Positions 1-9,369 of a stretch of DNA of 64,000 bases are shown here, piece by piece. The notes below the pieces were generated by a model. It was not told the origin of the DNA. It ran no database searches and saw only the letters and a program-made list of their open reading frames with translations. Source of the DNA: an uncultured Acidobacteriota bacterium (GTDB lineage Bacteria > Acidobacteriota > Terriglobia > UBA7540); assembly GCA_963804995.1 (NCBI GenBank), contig CAWDSK010000003.1, positions 576,001-640,000 of the forward strand, given 5' to 3'. Position 1 is the first letter of the stretch, and every line of letters begins with the position of its first letter. A program made the translations under genes and the position numbers.

Positions 1-1100
1 TTGTAGCCTGCGCACAAGTAGTTCAGCCCCGGTTCTCCGTCAGGCGTACGCGCAAATCGATGTTTCGGGCACTCCCCGTTGCAGGCAAACCGCACATCGC
101 ACTCGCGGCAATAGCGGGGAAGCGTATCGCGCTTATTCTCTCCGAACTTGCGCTGCTGCTCCGATTGGACCATAACTTCCAGCGGAGCGTCCATAATGTT
201 GCCGAGTTTGTTCTCCGGATAAACAAAGTGGTCGCAGGAATAAAGGTCGCCCGTGTGCTCGATGGCCATCGCCTGACCGCAGGTTTCCCGGAACACGCAC
301 AGGCTTGCGCCCATTCCGTACCAAATTTCCAATGCCACGTCGAAAATCTGCACAAACTGACGCCCCACATCGCGCCGCACCCACTCATCGAAGATGGCAC
401 AGAGGAACTTGCCGAACGCCAGGGGTTTGACCGACCAGGGAGTAACCTCACTCTCGCCTGGGAAGGAGGGTTGGATCAACACCAGTCCATCATTGCCGGG
501 GGACTTCGTGGTGCGTTCGACAATGGGGATGAACTGCATAAACCCGCTGCCAATTTCCTTGAGGAACCGATACACGGCAACCGGCTGTTCGGAATTGACT
601 CGATGAACGACCGTAAGAGTGTTGAATTGCACGGCATGCTTCTTCAAAACTTGAATGCCGTTCATCACCTTATCGAAAGTCGGCTGCCCGCCCTTATCCA
701 CGCGGTAGCAATCATGCACTTCGCGCGGACCGTCGATCGAGACCCCCACCAGAAAATCGTGTTCGGCTAGAAACTCCCCCCAAGTGTCGTCCAGCAGAAC
801 GCCGTTGGTTTGGAACGCATTGGTGATAGCTCTGCCTTCTGCATATTTGTTTTGCAGGTCCACGACGTTCTTGAAGAAATCGATGCCCAGGACGGTGGGT
901 TCGCCGCCTTGCCAGGCGAAGTTGAGCGGACCCGCAGGTTGCGCTCGGATGTACTGTTGAACGTACGAATCCAAAACCGCTGGCCGCATGGCCCAATTGT
1001 TCGTATCCGGATACAGTTTTTCCTTCTCCAGATAGAAACAATATTTGCAGTCCAGATTACAAATCGGACCGACGGGCTTGGTCATGATGTGAAACGGCAA
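1..1100 (-). CDS. Anaerobic sulfatase maturase (radical SAM/SPASM); runs off the left edge
   Basis: Absent from the ORF track because there is no stop in the window. Manual translation gives LPFHIMTKPVGPICNLDCKYCFYLEKE (CxxxCxxC), FAWQGGEPT, QTNGVLLDD, VSIDGP and a SPASM Cys cluster (YSCDHFVYPE, YCRECDVRFACNGECPKHR). Start uncertain: TTG 1100 or ATG 1085. Confidence 0.95.
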   Translation of the reverse strand, partial: MPFHIMTKPVGPICNLDCKYCFYLEKEKLYPDTNNWAMRPAVLDSYVQQYIRAQPAGPLNFAWQGGEPTVLGIDFFKNVVDLQNKYAEGRAITNAFQTNGVLLDDTWGEFLAEHDFLVGVSIDGPREVHDCYRVDKGGQPTFDKVMNGIQVLKKHAVQFNTLTVVHRVNSEQPVAVYRFLKEIGSGFMQFIPIVERTTKSPGNDGLVLIQPSFPGESEVTPWSVKPLAFGKFLCAIFDEWVRRDVGRQFVQIFDVALEIWYGMGASLCVFRETCGQAMAIEHTGDLYSCDHFVYPENKLGNIMDAPLEVMVQSEQQRKFGENKRDTLPRYCRECDVRFACNGECPKHRFARTPDGEPGLNYLCAGY

Positions 1101-1230
1101 CGAGCTCGAACATCCGAAATCGCCATCCTGTATGGGAAAGATCGCCCCACGAATTGCCAGCCAGGTTCCTATGATAGCAAGGTCTGCCCCTTCACGCACA
1201 GAACCGTGGGTAGTGGTGTCATTTGGAAGT

Positions 1231-1280
1231 GCCACGGGCAGCCTGCCCCGATGCATCGGGGTCCGAAGGTGTGAAAAAAT
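1231..1280. repeat. Dispersed ~50-bp repeat module; second copy inverted at ~15242-15291
   Basis: gccacgggcagcctgccccgatgcatcggggtccgaaggtgtgaaaaaat matches the reverse complement of ~15242-15291 with about 3 mismatches. Confidence 0.85.
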
Positions 1281-1347
1281 GCAATTTTGACCGCAGATTC
1301 CCATGAGCCTTCGGCTCGCCACTGTACATGAAAATGTGCGAAGCACC

Positions 1348-1428
1348 TTGGAGTGCGGCGGCTCAACGCCGCCTTCGTCATCGTCCTCGGCGTAAATTCA
1401 AGGCGGCGTCGAGCCGCCGCACTCCAAG
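1348..1428. repeat. REP-like inverted pair (TTGGAGTGCGG... family); related copy at ~56308-56410
   Basis: ttggagtgcggcggctcaacgccgcctt ... aaggcggcgtcgagccgccgcactccaa forms an inverted pair. Confidence 0.8.
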
Positions 1429-1528
1429 TGAAAGTCTGGGGAGTGATTCTATTAAGTTTTCTGGGAGAAGCACTGGAGGCTGGTTTGAGTCCGCAGGGTG
1501 CGAGCAAAACCCAGCTGGTAGGACCTGC

Positions 1529-1562
1529 CCCTGGGGGCGGCCTTTTGAGGCCGCCCCCAGGG
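1529..1562 (-). terminator. 15-bp perfect hairpin downstream of the TonB receptor (terminator or mRNA-stabilising stem)
   Basis: ccctgggggcggcct-tttg-aggccgcccccaggg, ~40 bp after the stop at 1600; no clear U-tract. Confidence 0.45.
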
Positions 1563-1599
1563 CTCATTCCATCTTGCAAGTTACGACGAACTGCATCGA

Positions 1600-4500
1600 C
1601 TAGAAGTAGAACTTCCCGCCGATCTGTCCGATGCGCGTGGAATTACCGGCTCCATTTACTCCGCCAAAACCGCCGGGGCCGTCATTAAAGTTGCCGTCCA
1701 CATTGTTGTTGCCAAAGAACTGGGCGTGGTTGAAAGCGTTGAAGAACTCGCCACGGATCTCCAGCCGCATGCCTTCTCTCACCTTGATATCCTTCATCAC
1801 GGCCAAGTCCCAGTTATTGACCCCCGGCCCGTGGAAGAATCTCCGGTTGGCGTTGCCCTGGCCGCCAAAAGGTTCGGGGCCGAACAGCGCGGGGTTGAAA
1901 TAGGGGTTGACCAGGATCCCGTTGGAATCTATGTATTGCTTTCTCGGGTCCTTGTTGACGTAGATTGAGCCACCCCCCAGGAAAACGGGTTCATCCGTGT
2001 AGGACTGTTGCGGGCTATTGCGGCCATTGCCCCGCAACGAATTATCATTCGTCTGAAAGATACTAACCGGGGGGCCTGTCGTAAATGAGGTGACCCCTGC
2101 CACTTTCCACCCCCGCGTCAGCCGGTTATTGGCACGGAAGAGCTTGTCAAAGGGAAGTTCGTACGTGTAGCTGAACGAGAAAATGTGCGTGAGGTCGAAC
2201 TGCGAGAGGGAGCGGTAGATATTCGGGTTCAAGCCCGGGATAATCTGGTCACCGAATCCGGAACCGTTATCGAGCGACTTACTGTAAACATAACTGAGGA
2301 GGTATGCCGCCCGCCCCGTAGTACGACGCAGGGTGAGCTGGCCGGAGTGGTAGGCCGAGTTACCCGCCATAATCTGCGCGCCCAAGCCCGCGTAGTTCTG
2401 ATCAAAGGGGCCGCGGACGAGGACCTGTCCTCCTCCCGCCGGGCTGAAGAATCCCGTTTCGTTTCCAGGACCGCAAATATTGGAGTTGGGCATGACGCCA
2501 CCGATTCCCCGCTGTATGGCCAGCGCAGACCCAGCGACTGCGCTCAGACTGTAGCAGAGCGCCGGGTTGGCTTGGTTCTTATCCGCATTCAGAACCAGGT
2601 GGTGGCCGAAAGTCCCCACGTAAGCCAAGGTCAGCAGCGTGTTGGGCGTCAACTGCCGCTGGAAGGAGAGATTTAGGTGTTCAGCGTAGGGGCTGGGATC
2701 ATTGGGGTACGGTTCCCGATCCCCTGAAATGGGCAGGAACGGCGAAAAATCGATGTTGGTGTCGCCCTTGTGATGAACGGGAAGCGGAAAAGGATTGGCA
2801 AAATTCGCTCCCGTCAGCTTGTTAATAAAGGGGGCGCTAAACAACGGCGGAAAGTTGCTGGGGTAGTACAGAGAATAGGGGGCGGCAGCAAAATTGAATG
2901 TGTTCGCTCCCTCGATGTTGGTGAAGAAGGTGCCATAGCCCGCCCGGATGCTGCTCTTGCCCGCATCGCCAAAAAGCGTGTGCAAGAAACCACTGGAGAA
3001 GCTGGGCGAATAGGCCAATCCCAGCCGTGGGCCGAAGTTGTCCCAGCGGGGATTGAGGAAGTATTGGGGAATGCCCGGGTCGCCGGGGAAACAATATCCC
3101 ACGGGAGCCGTGGGGAAGGTCTTCGAAACACATCCCAACTGAACGTCAGGGTTCCGATTGAACCGGTCGCCCCAGAACGGGGTAGTTTCCCAACGCACTC
3201 CATAGTTAAAGGTCAGGTTAGGTCTGATGCGCCAACTGTCCTCGCCATAGATCCCAACGTAAAAGTTCCGCAGATTAAGGGCAGCGGGAGCGCCCTGGGC
3301 GAAATAGTCAGGAGCGCCAATCAACATGTTCGCGAGATCGTATCCGGTCTCAGTATCACCACTCATTGTAAAAAACGAATTGCCACCATTGTTGACCTGG
3401 GCAATGGGCACGTGGTCCCAGTGGTAGTTCCCCCCGAATTTGATGGTATGGGTTCCCTTAACTTTTGTGAAGTCATCCTGGAGTTGGTAGGTCTCACCGT
3501 CCTGGACGCGCTCCACCACATATTGTCCTGTCCCATAGTGGTCGAACCCGATCCAAGGCCACTGTTGAGCGCTGGGGCCTTCCAACTGATAGATGCCGCC
3601 CTGCGCCCCGGGGGGCTTGAAGCCGAGCGATTGGAGGGTTGGCCCCGTGGTTCCTGCCTTGCCACCATCGTTGTGGTTGCGCATATAGCTGGCGGTAAAC
3701 GAGTTGACGGCGGTACCGCCGAAGTTAGTGGTAACGTTAAACGTGAACAATTGCGCCTTGCCCACGTTCTGAATCGGAAAACCAGGGAACGAGCTGGCCG
3801 CAAACGGACCATAGGGTGCTTGTTCCAGCCAGGGGTCGTAATGCCAGTAGCCTGAGATCATTCCAATTCGTGTGTTGGCGTCGATGCGGACGCCGGCCTT
3901 GTCATCGTTTAGAGTCGATGACGTTCCGGGGGCGGTATAAAACTGGCTCCCGGGGTCAGGATCAGCAATGAGCTTAAGTACGTTCGCGCTGGGGCTGTCC
4001 CAGGCCGACTGCGGAATCATGTAACCGGGAAAGACACACTGGGTATTGTTGACACAGCCGGGCAAGAAATAGTGCTCACCCGCGGTTACCGGATATCCCA
4101 GCCTGGTAGCGAGGACACCGGCAAAGTATTGGCTACTGACCAAGTTCACATTCGGGTTACTAGCTGCATTGGCTGCAATAACCGCTGACTGATCGGTGAA
4201 GTTTCCGGTCTTGTCGGCAACCGAAGGGACCAGTTGTCGCCCCCTAGTTACACCCTCCACATGCCGAGTCCCCTGGTAATCGAGGAAGAAAAAGACCTTA
4301 TTTTTCAAAATCGGGCCGCCGCCTGTCGCGCCGAACATGTTCTGGTGAAGGATGCCACGTTTCCCGTCGGCGATCCTTGTGTAATAGTCGCGCGTATCGA
4401 AGTCCGAATTGCGCACAAACTCAAACGCGGAACCGTGAAAACCGTTGGTCCCCGATTTGGTGAGGACGTTGACCTGCCCGCCGCTATAGTTGCCGTATTC

Positions 4501-5286
4501 AGCGCCGGCATTACTGAGGATGATCCGGAACTCGGAGATCGAGTCGAGGTTGGGGATAACGGTCGTACCGCCCCCATTTCCCTCGACCGTGTTGGCCCCG
4601 TTCACCATGAAGCCGTTCTGTTCGCCCCTCTGCCCGCTCATCACCAGCACGCCGTTGTTGAGCGAATTCGAGGGCGACAGTGTGCCGTATTGGGACAAGT
4701 TGAAAGGTACGACGCCCGGCTGAAGGGCTAGAAGGTCGGTGTAGGCGCGGCCGTTGAGCGGCAGGTCCTGCATCTCCTTGCTGCCAATCACTTCGCCCGT
4801 CTGCTGGGTCTGAGTATCTACCTGCGCTGCCGCGGCAATCACGGAGACCTCTTGAGTCACAGTTCCCACTTCGAGCACGGCATCGACGCGCAGGGCCGTA
4901 TCGACATCGATATTCAAGCCCTTCTCGACGTAAGCCTTAAAGCCGCTCTTTTGGATGCTGATGTCATACATGCCGATGGGCAGTGCCGTGAAGTTATAGA
5001 ACCCCACAGTGTCCGTCTGGCTCTTCTGGTCCACACCTGTCTGCTCGTTGTGGGCTGTCACCGAAGCGTCTGGGACAACTGCGCCCTGAGCATCCTTGAC
5101 GGTCCCTGAAATGTTTCCCGTCACCTTGGCGAGAAGCAAGGCCGGGGCGAAAACCAGCAATGCCAGCAACAGCAGGCTCTGTCTCATCCAAGAAGGAAGA
5201 GACCGGACGGGGCGCAAGCCGCCCCGAGGCGTCAGAGCACGATTGTCCGCTGCAGATACATCATTCGCAGCTTGGCAACATATCAT
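1600..5286 (-). CDS. TonB-dependent receptor, Oar-like, with carboxypeptidase regulatory-like N-domain
   Basis: ISGTVKDAQGAVVP N-domain, DLPLNGRAYTDL plug start, FHGSAFEFVRNS, C-terminal RGEFFNAFNHAQF...QIGGKFYF. GGAGG RBS supports ATG 5286 rather than 5427. Confidence 0.93.
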   Translation of the reverse strand: MICCQAANDVSAADNRALTPRGGLRPVRSLPSWMRQSLLLLALLVFAPALLLAKVTGNISGTVKDAQGAVVPDASVTAHNEQTGVDQKSQTDTVGFYNFTALPIGMYDISIQKSGFKAYVEKGLNIDVDTALRVDAVLEVGTVTQEVSVIAAAAQVDTQTQQTGEVIGSKEMQDLPLNGRAYTDLLALQPGVVPFNLSQYGTLSPSNSLNNGVLVMSGQRGEQNGFMVNGANTVEGNGGGTTVIPNLDSISEFRIILSNAGAEYGNYSGGQVNVLTKSGTNGFHGSAFEFVRNSDFDTRDYYTRIADGKRGILHQNMFGATGGGPILKNKVFFFLDYQGTRHVEGVTRGRQLVPSVADKTGNFTDQSAVIAANAASNPNVNLVSSQYFAGVLATRLGYPVTAGEHYFLPGCVNNTQCVFPGYMIPQSAWDSPSANVLKLIADPDPGSQFYTAPGTSSTLNDDKAGVRIDANTRIGMISGYWHYDPWLEQAPYGPFAASSFPGFPIQNVGKAQLFTFNVTTNFGGTAVNSFTASYMRNHNDGGKAGTTGPTLQSLGFKPPGAQGGIYQLEGPSAQQWPWIGFDHYGTGQYVVERVQDGETYQLQDDFTKVKGTHTIKFGGNYHWDHVPIAQVNNGGNSFFTMSGDTETGYDLANMLIGAPDYFAQGAPAALNLRNFYVGIYGEDSWRIRPNLTFNYGVRWETTPFWGDRFNRNPDVQLGCVSKTFPTAPVGYCFPGDPGIPQYFLNPRWDNFGPRLGLAYSPSFSSGFLHTLFGDAGKSSIRAGYGTFFTNIEGANTFNFAAAPYSLYYPSNFPPLFSAPFINKLTGANFANPFPLPVHHKGDTNIDFSPFLPISGDREPYPNDPSPYAEHLNLSFQRQLTPNTLLTLAYVGTFGHHLVLNADKNQANPALCYSLSAVAGSALAIQRGIGGVMPNSNICGPGNETGFFSPAGGGQVLVRGPFDQNYAGLGAQIMAGNSAYHSGQLTLRRTTGRAAYLLSYVYSKSLDNGSGFGDQIIPGLNPNIYRSLSQFDLTHIFSFSYTYELPFDKLFRANNRLTRGWKVAGVTSFTTGPPVSIFQTNDNSLRGNGRNSPQQSYTDEPVFLGGGSIYVNKDPRKQYIDSNGILVNPYFNPALFGPEPFGGQGNANRRFFHGPGVNNWDLAVMKDIKVREGMRLEIRGEFFNAFNHAQFFGNNNVDGNFNDGPGGFGGVNGAGNSTRIGQIGGKFYF

Positions 5287-5687
5287 GATGTTTATCCTCC
5301 AAAAATAATGTGTTTTAACAAGGCCCGATATACGTTCCTCTAGCCCGTGACCCTTGATAGCAATCAATATACCAAACATTGAATCCCCACATCTGGCTCC
5401 AACACGTTGAAAAACCACGGCATCCATTCAATTTGAGTTATGTATATAGCGGTAATCAAGCTCAGGAATTCTATAATCCGTATCAGAAAATTCAGTAATT
5501 CATATTTAGGGTGAGATAATGACAAGCTGTCCACTAGAGGACAAATTGGCATATTCATCTGGCGGAGAATTAACTTCAGAGAATACAAGGACTTATTGTC
5601 GCAAAGTTTTCTGAATCAAGCCGAAAGAGGTTGAAACTCCGAACGTCGGCTCAAGTTGCAGGGCGAAAGGGCTTCTTCCCATGGCTC

Positions 5688-5817
5688 AGAAGGTGTGAAG
5701 AAATAGTATTTTTACCGCGGAGGCGCTGAGGCGCAGAGAAAAGGAGCTTTATTTTCATTCCTCTGCGCCTCAGCGTCTCTGCGGTAAGGAGGTTTTAGAC
5801 GATTTTTCCACAGCTTC
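5688..5817. repeat. ~120-bp palindromic element (ACCGCAGAGACGCTGAGGCGCAGAG core); inverted copy at ~15139-15257
   Basis: Near-identical reverse-complement copies. This copy is further enclosed by the inverted pair cttcttcccatggc / gccatgggaagaag. Confidence 0.88.
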
Positions 5818-5846
5818 TCACGCCATGGGAAGAAGCGGCAGGCTCA

Positions 5847-7364
5847 CTACGGAGTTAACGTGCACCCCTGCAGGTGGTTTTCAAGGCAAGTCTGGTTGTT
5901 CTTAAAGACCGTGTTGGCAGGCTCCAGCCGCCGCGCGGTTTTGAATTCCGCGGCGGCGTTTGACCAATCCTGGATCTTGGCGAGCGCAACGCCCAGCACA
6001 TTGTGAGCGTAGGGGTCGTCCGGGCGCAAGACAATAACCTTTTGCAGGCAAGAGGCGGCGTCTTCCGGCCGATCAGCCGCCAAGTAAGCCTTGCCAAGAA
6101 GATAGAGAGTGTCGGGGTGGTCAGGCTGAGATCGCAACACCGCCTGGAAATGGGTTATAGCCTCGTCGGGCTTACTCTGCATAAGCAAAGCTAAGCCGTA
6201 ACCGTACGAAGCTCGCACATTTTCGGGGTCCAGGCGCAGGGCTTCCTGAAACTTCCGCACGGCTTCCTCAACCTTTCCGCCCTCGAGGAGCTTCGTGCCT
6301 TCTCCGGCGTACGTGTTCGACAGGTTCCTATCCGCAGTACCTTCGGTCCTCTGCTGAAACACCCGGATCTCCTTTTCCGCTTCGCCTTTTCGCGCGGTTT
6401 TTTCGAGGGCTTGCGCCAGCACGAAATGGACCTCACGGTCATCGGGCAGCAGTTCGGCCGCGCGGCGCAGTTCCACGATCGCCTCATCCAGGCGTCCCTG
6501 CCTGCGCAGGACGAGTCCCAAATCCCGATGCGCTTCGCCCAAGTCGGGCCGCCGTTCGATAGCGCGGCGAAGCTCCGTTTCCGCTGTACTCAGCTCGTTT
6601 GACTGGAGATCGAGGTTCCCCAAGGCAGCATGGTAGTCCGCGTCGCGATCGTTGAGCTTGATGGCCGCCCGCAACTCCGCTTCCGCCTCGGGGAGGCTGT
6701 GATTGGTTTGATAGAGTTTGCTCAATTCAAAGTGCAGGCTGGGCTCGCGCGGGGCGTAACGCAGCGCCACGCGGTACTCTGCGAAGGCCAGGTCGTTGCG
6801 TCTCTCTTTGGCGAAGAGGCGCGCCAGGGCCTGGTGGACCTGGACGTCCGCGGGGTTGAGCCGGGCCGCTTCTTTCAGCTCTTTCTCGGCGTTGTCGTTC
6901 GCGCCTTCGTCCGCCAGCATGATACCCAAATTGCGGCGGATGACAGCGTCACGAGGAGCGAGCGAGGCGGACTTCCGCATTTGGGCAACAGCCTCGTGAG
7001 GGCGGCCGCTAGCCTCGAGCGCCGCCGCCAGGTTGCTGGACAGGCGAGGGTCGTTGGGGCGCCGCTCAGCGGCGCGCTGGAACACCTCCACGGCCTCTGC
7101 GTTGGCTCCCTCACTCATTAATGCGACACCGAGGTTGGCGAGGCAGTCGACATTTTCCGGATCGCGCTCCAGTGCCTGGCGGAATTTTTCTACCGCTTCC
7201 TTCACCCGCCCTTGCTTCATAAGGTCCAATCCAGCGGAATTCAAGCGTGCGGCAATCTCCCCTTTGTCCTCAGGGCGCGCTACGGCGCTCCATAAGAGCC
7301 CGGGGCCCGGTAGGAACAAGGACAGCAGTACGATGACAACGGCTTGTCGGTGTGAAAACCGCAT
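5847..7364 (-). CDS. Secreted tetratricopeptide-repeat protein
   Basis: Many TPR-like repeats (EAVEKFRQALERDP..., AHNVLGVALAKI). The signal-peptide start MRFSHRQAVVIVLL at 7364 abuts the upstream stop at 7366-7368. Confidence 0.92.
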   Translation of the reverse strand: MRFSHRQAVVIVLLSLFLPGPGLLWSAVARPEDKGEIAARLNSAGLDLMKQGRVKEAVEKFRQALERDPENVDCLANLGVALMSEGANAEAVEVFQRAAERRPNDPRLSSNLAAALEASGRPHEAVAQMRKSASLAPRDAVIRRNLGIMLADEGANDNAEKELKEAARLNPADVQVHQALARLFAKERRNDLAFAEYRVALRYAPREPSLHFELSKLYQTNHSLPEAEAELRAAIKLNDRDADYHAALGNLDLQSNELSTAETELRRAIERRPDLGEAHRDLGLVLRRQGRLDEAIVELRRAAELLPDDREVHFVLAQALEKTARKGEAEKEIRVFQQRTEGTADRNLSNTYAGEGTKLLEGGKVEEAVRKFQEALRLDPENVRASYGYGLALLMQSKPDEAITHFQAVLRSQPDHPDTLYLLGKAYLAADRPEDAASCLQKVIVLRPDDPYAHNVLGVALAKIQDWSNAAAEFKTARRLEPANTVFKNNQTCLENHLQGCTLTP

Positions 7365-7365
7365 C

Positions 7366-9277
7366 TTACTTGCGGATAATCTTGGGAAAGTTCCTGGGAA
7401 CAATTCCGACGCCTTCCTTTACAGTGATGATGCGATCGATGGGCAGGTTGGCAAGTTTGTCCACGGCGCCACTGGGCCAGACAATTTCGAGTGCATCGAC
7501 ATTCTTTCTTTGCCCCAGCCCGAAGTGAAGGCGCGGGTCCTGGGCGGACATATAACCCATCCCCCCCTGCGCCTGCCGGTACTCGATGAAAGTGCCGGAG
7601 GTAAGCTTCAGCGCCGCGCCCCGGCCGTCCCGATTGGATTTTGTCCCCACCAGCATTACTTCCAGCCAGTGGTTCGAATTTTCGCCTTCGTTGCGCAAGA
7701 GCTGCGGGTAGGAATTGCTGTTCGAGATGGCGATACCCAGGCGCCCGTCGTTATCAAAATCCGCTACGGCCGACCCGCGCCCCACGGTGGGTTTCATGAA
7801 GTCCGGCCCCATCTGCTCAGACACTTTTTCGAATTTACCTCCGCCCAGGTTGCGGAACATCAACTTGGGCTCCGCCCAAGTCTCCTCCGAGTGGTACAAG
7901 CGGATATTGTCCAGCATGCTCCCATTCACCTGGAAGATGTCCACCCAACCGTCGTTATCGTAATCGAACATCCGGGCGCTTACGCCGCTCAGAAGAATGG
8001 CTTTGTTGCCGAGGCCAGAGGTAAAGGTGACGTCATCGAAGGTCTCGTCGTGGTTGTTGCGATAAAGCCGGTTCAGCTCAAAGTCCAGGTGCGTGACGTA
8101 CACGTCCAGCCAGCCGTCGCCATCGACGTCCGCCGCGTCCACACCCATGCCGGCCTCGTATTTCCCGTCGTCACTGGCCGCCACGCCTGAGGTGAACGAA
8201 ACATCGCGAAACGTCCCGTCATGATTGTTGATGAAAAGGAAATTCGGCCAGGTATCATTGGCCACAAAGATGTCAGGCCAGCCGTCGTTATTAAAGTCCG
8301 CCAGCACCACACCCATGCCCTTCGCTTTCGGGCTTCCCCACCCCGGAGGCGTCGCTAACGTCTGTGAAGGTGCCGTCGTGGTTGTTGTGATAAAGCTTCA
8401 AGCGTTGGCCCCGGTAATTGTCCGGATGGCAATAAGCACGGTAGCCGGGCTTGTGGTCGCCACACCAAAGATTATTTTGGGGCGACCATTGGATGTAGTT
8501 GCAAATCAGCAGATCCAGATAGCCGTCCCGGTCGTAATCAAACCACCCCGCGCTGGTTGACCACCCGCCCTCATCGGCGACGCCTGCCTGGGCGGTCACA
8601 TCGGTGAAGGTCCCGTTGCCGTTATTGTGGTAGAGGATGGTGTGGCCGTAGCCGGTCACCAGCATGTCCGGATAACCGTCGTTGTCAAAATCGCCTACGG
8701 CCACGCCTTGTCCGTAGAACCCTGCGGCGCCGACCCCGGCCTTTTCCGTGACATCGGTGAACGTTCCATCGCCATTATTGTGATAAAGCGCCGAGCGCAG
8801 AGGGCGCGAGGGCTTGTACCATTCCGTCGCCGCGGTTTGGACCAGGTAGAGATCCATCAGCCCGTCCTGGTCGTAATCGATCCAGCCCAATCCGTTGCCC
8901 ATGGTCTCGAGGTAATTCTTTTCTTCCGTCATCGTGGCGTCGTGCTGAAAGGTGATTCCGGCGGCCTGCCGTACGTCCGTGAAGTGAATTGGGATGCCGG
9001 CCGAATGCGGCCCGGCGTGCTGGACCTCGTGATGGGCGACTTGACTTCTGTTGACCGCGCCGGCCTGAGGGGGAGCGCCAGAAGTCATGGGCCACAGAGC
9101 AGCAAGGGGCTGCGCACGTAATAGACTCCACAAGGCCGAGTTCGCGAAAAGTAGGGCGGCGGTCAGAAGGGCCACAGCCGCCAATCGGTGCGACTTGGGA
9201 GTCGTATTTGGATTTTGTTTTTTCAACTGGGTTTCTCGTCCCGCCCAACTATAGCGCAACCCGTCCTCCGACCTCAA
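7366..9277 (-). pseudogene. CRTAC1/ASPIC-UnbV family FG-GAP repeat protein, split by a +1 frameshift at ~8327 (possibly a sequencing error)
   Basis: ORFs 8291..9277 and 7366..8316 join into one protein (DYDQDGLMDLY, DFDNDGYPD, RLHFGLG, IVWPSG) if one A is removed from CCC GAA A GCG AAG GGC ATG, giving PEAKGMG. Start may be TTG 9226. Confidence 0.9.
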
Positions 9278-9369
9278 TCATCCTCGGCGACCGTGCCAAT
9301 TGAACCCGACATTTGATATGCTAGCGACACCAACGCGATCTGAGGTTAGCACGAGGGAGCCACTGGCGA

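Noticed and set aside
60..1274. Plus-strand ORFs 60..770 and 810..1274
   Set aside because: They are antisense shadows of the sulfatase maturase.
7033..8190. 385-aa plus-strand ORF and similar long antisense ORFs (2770..3855, 11119..12207, 35374..36480, 47370..48296)
   Set aside because: These are typical GC-rich shadow frames opposite well-supported genes, with no motifs.
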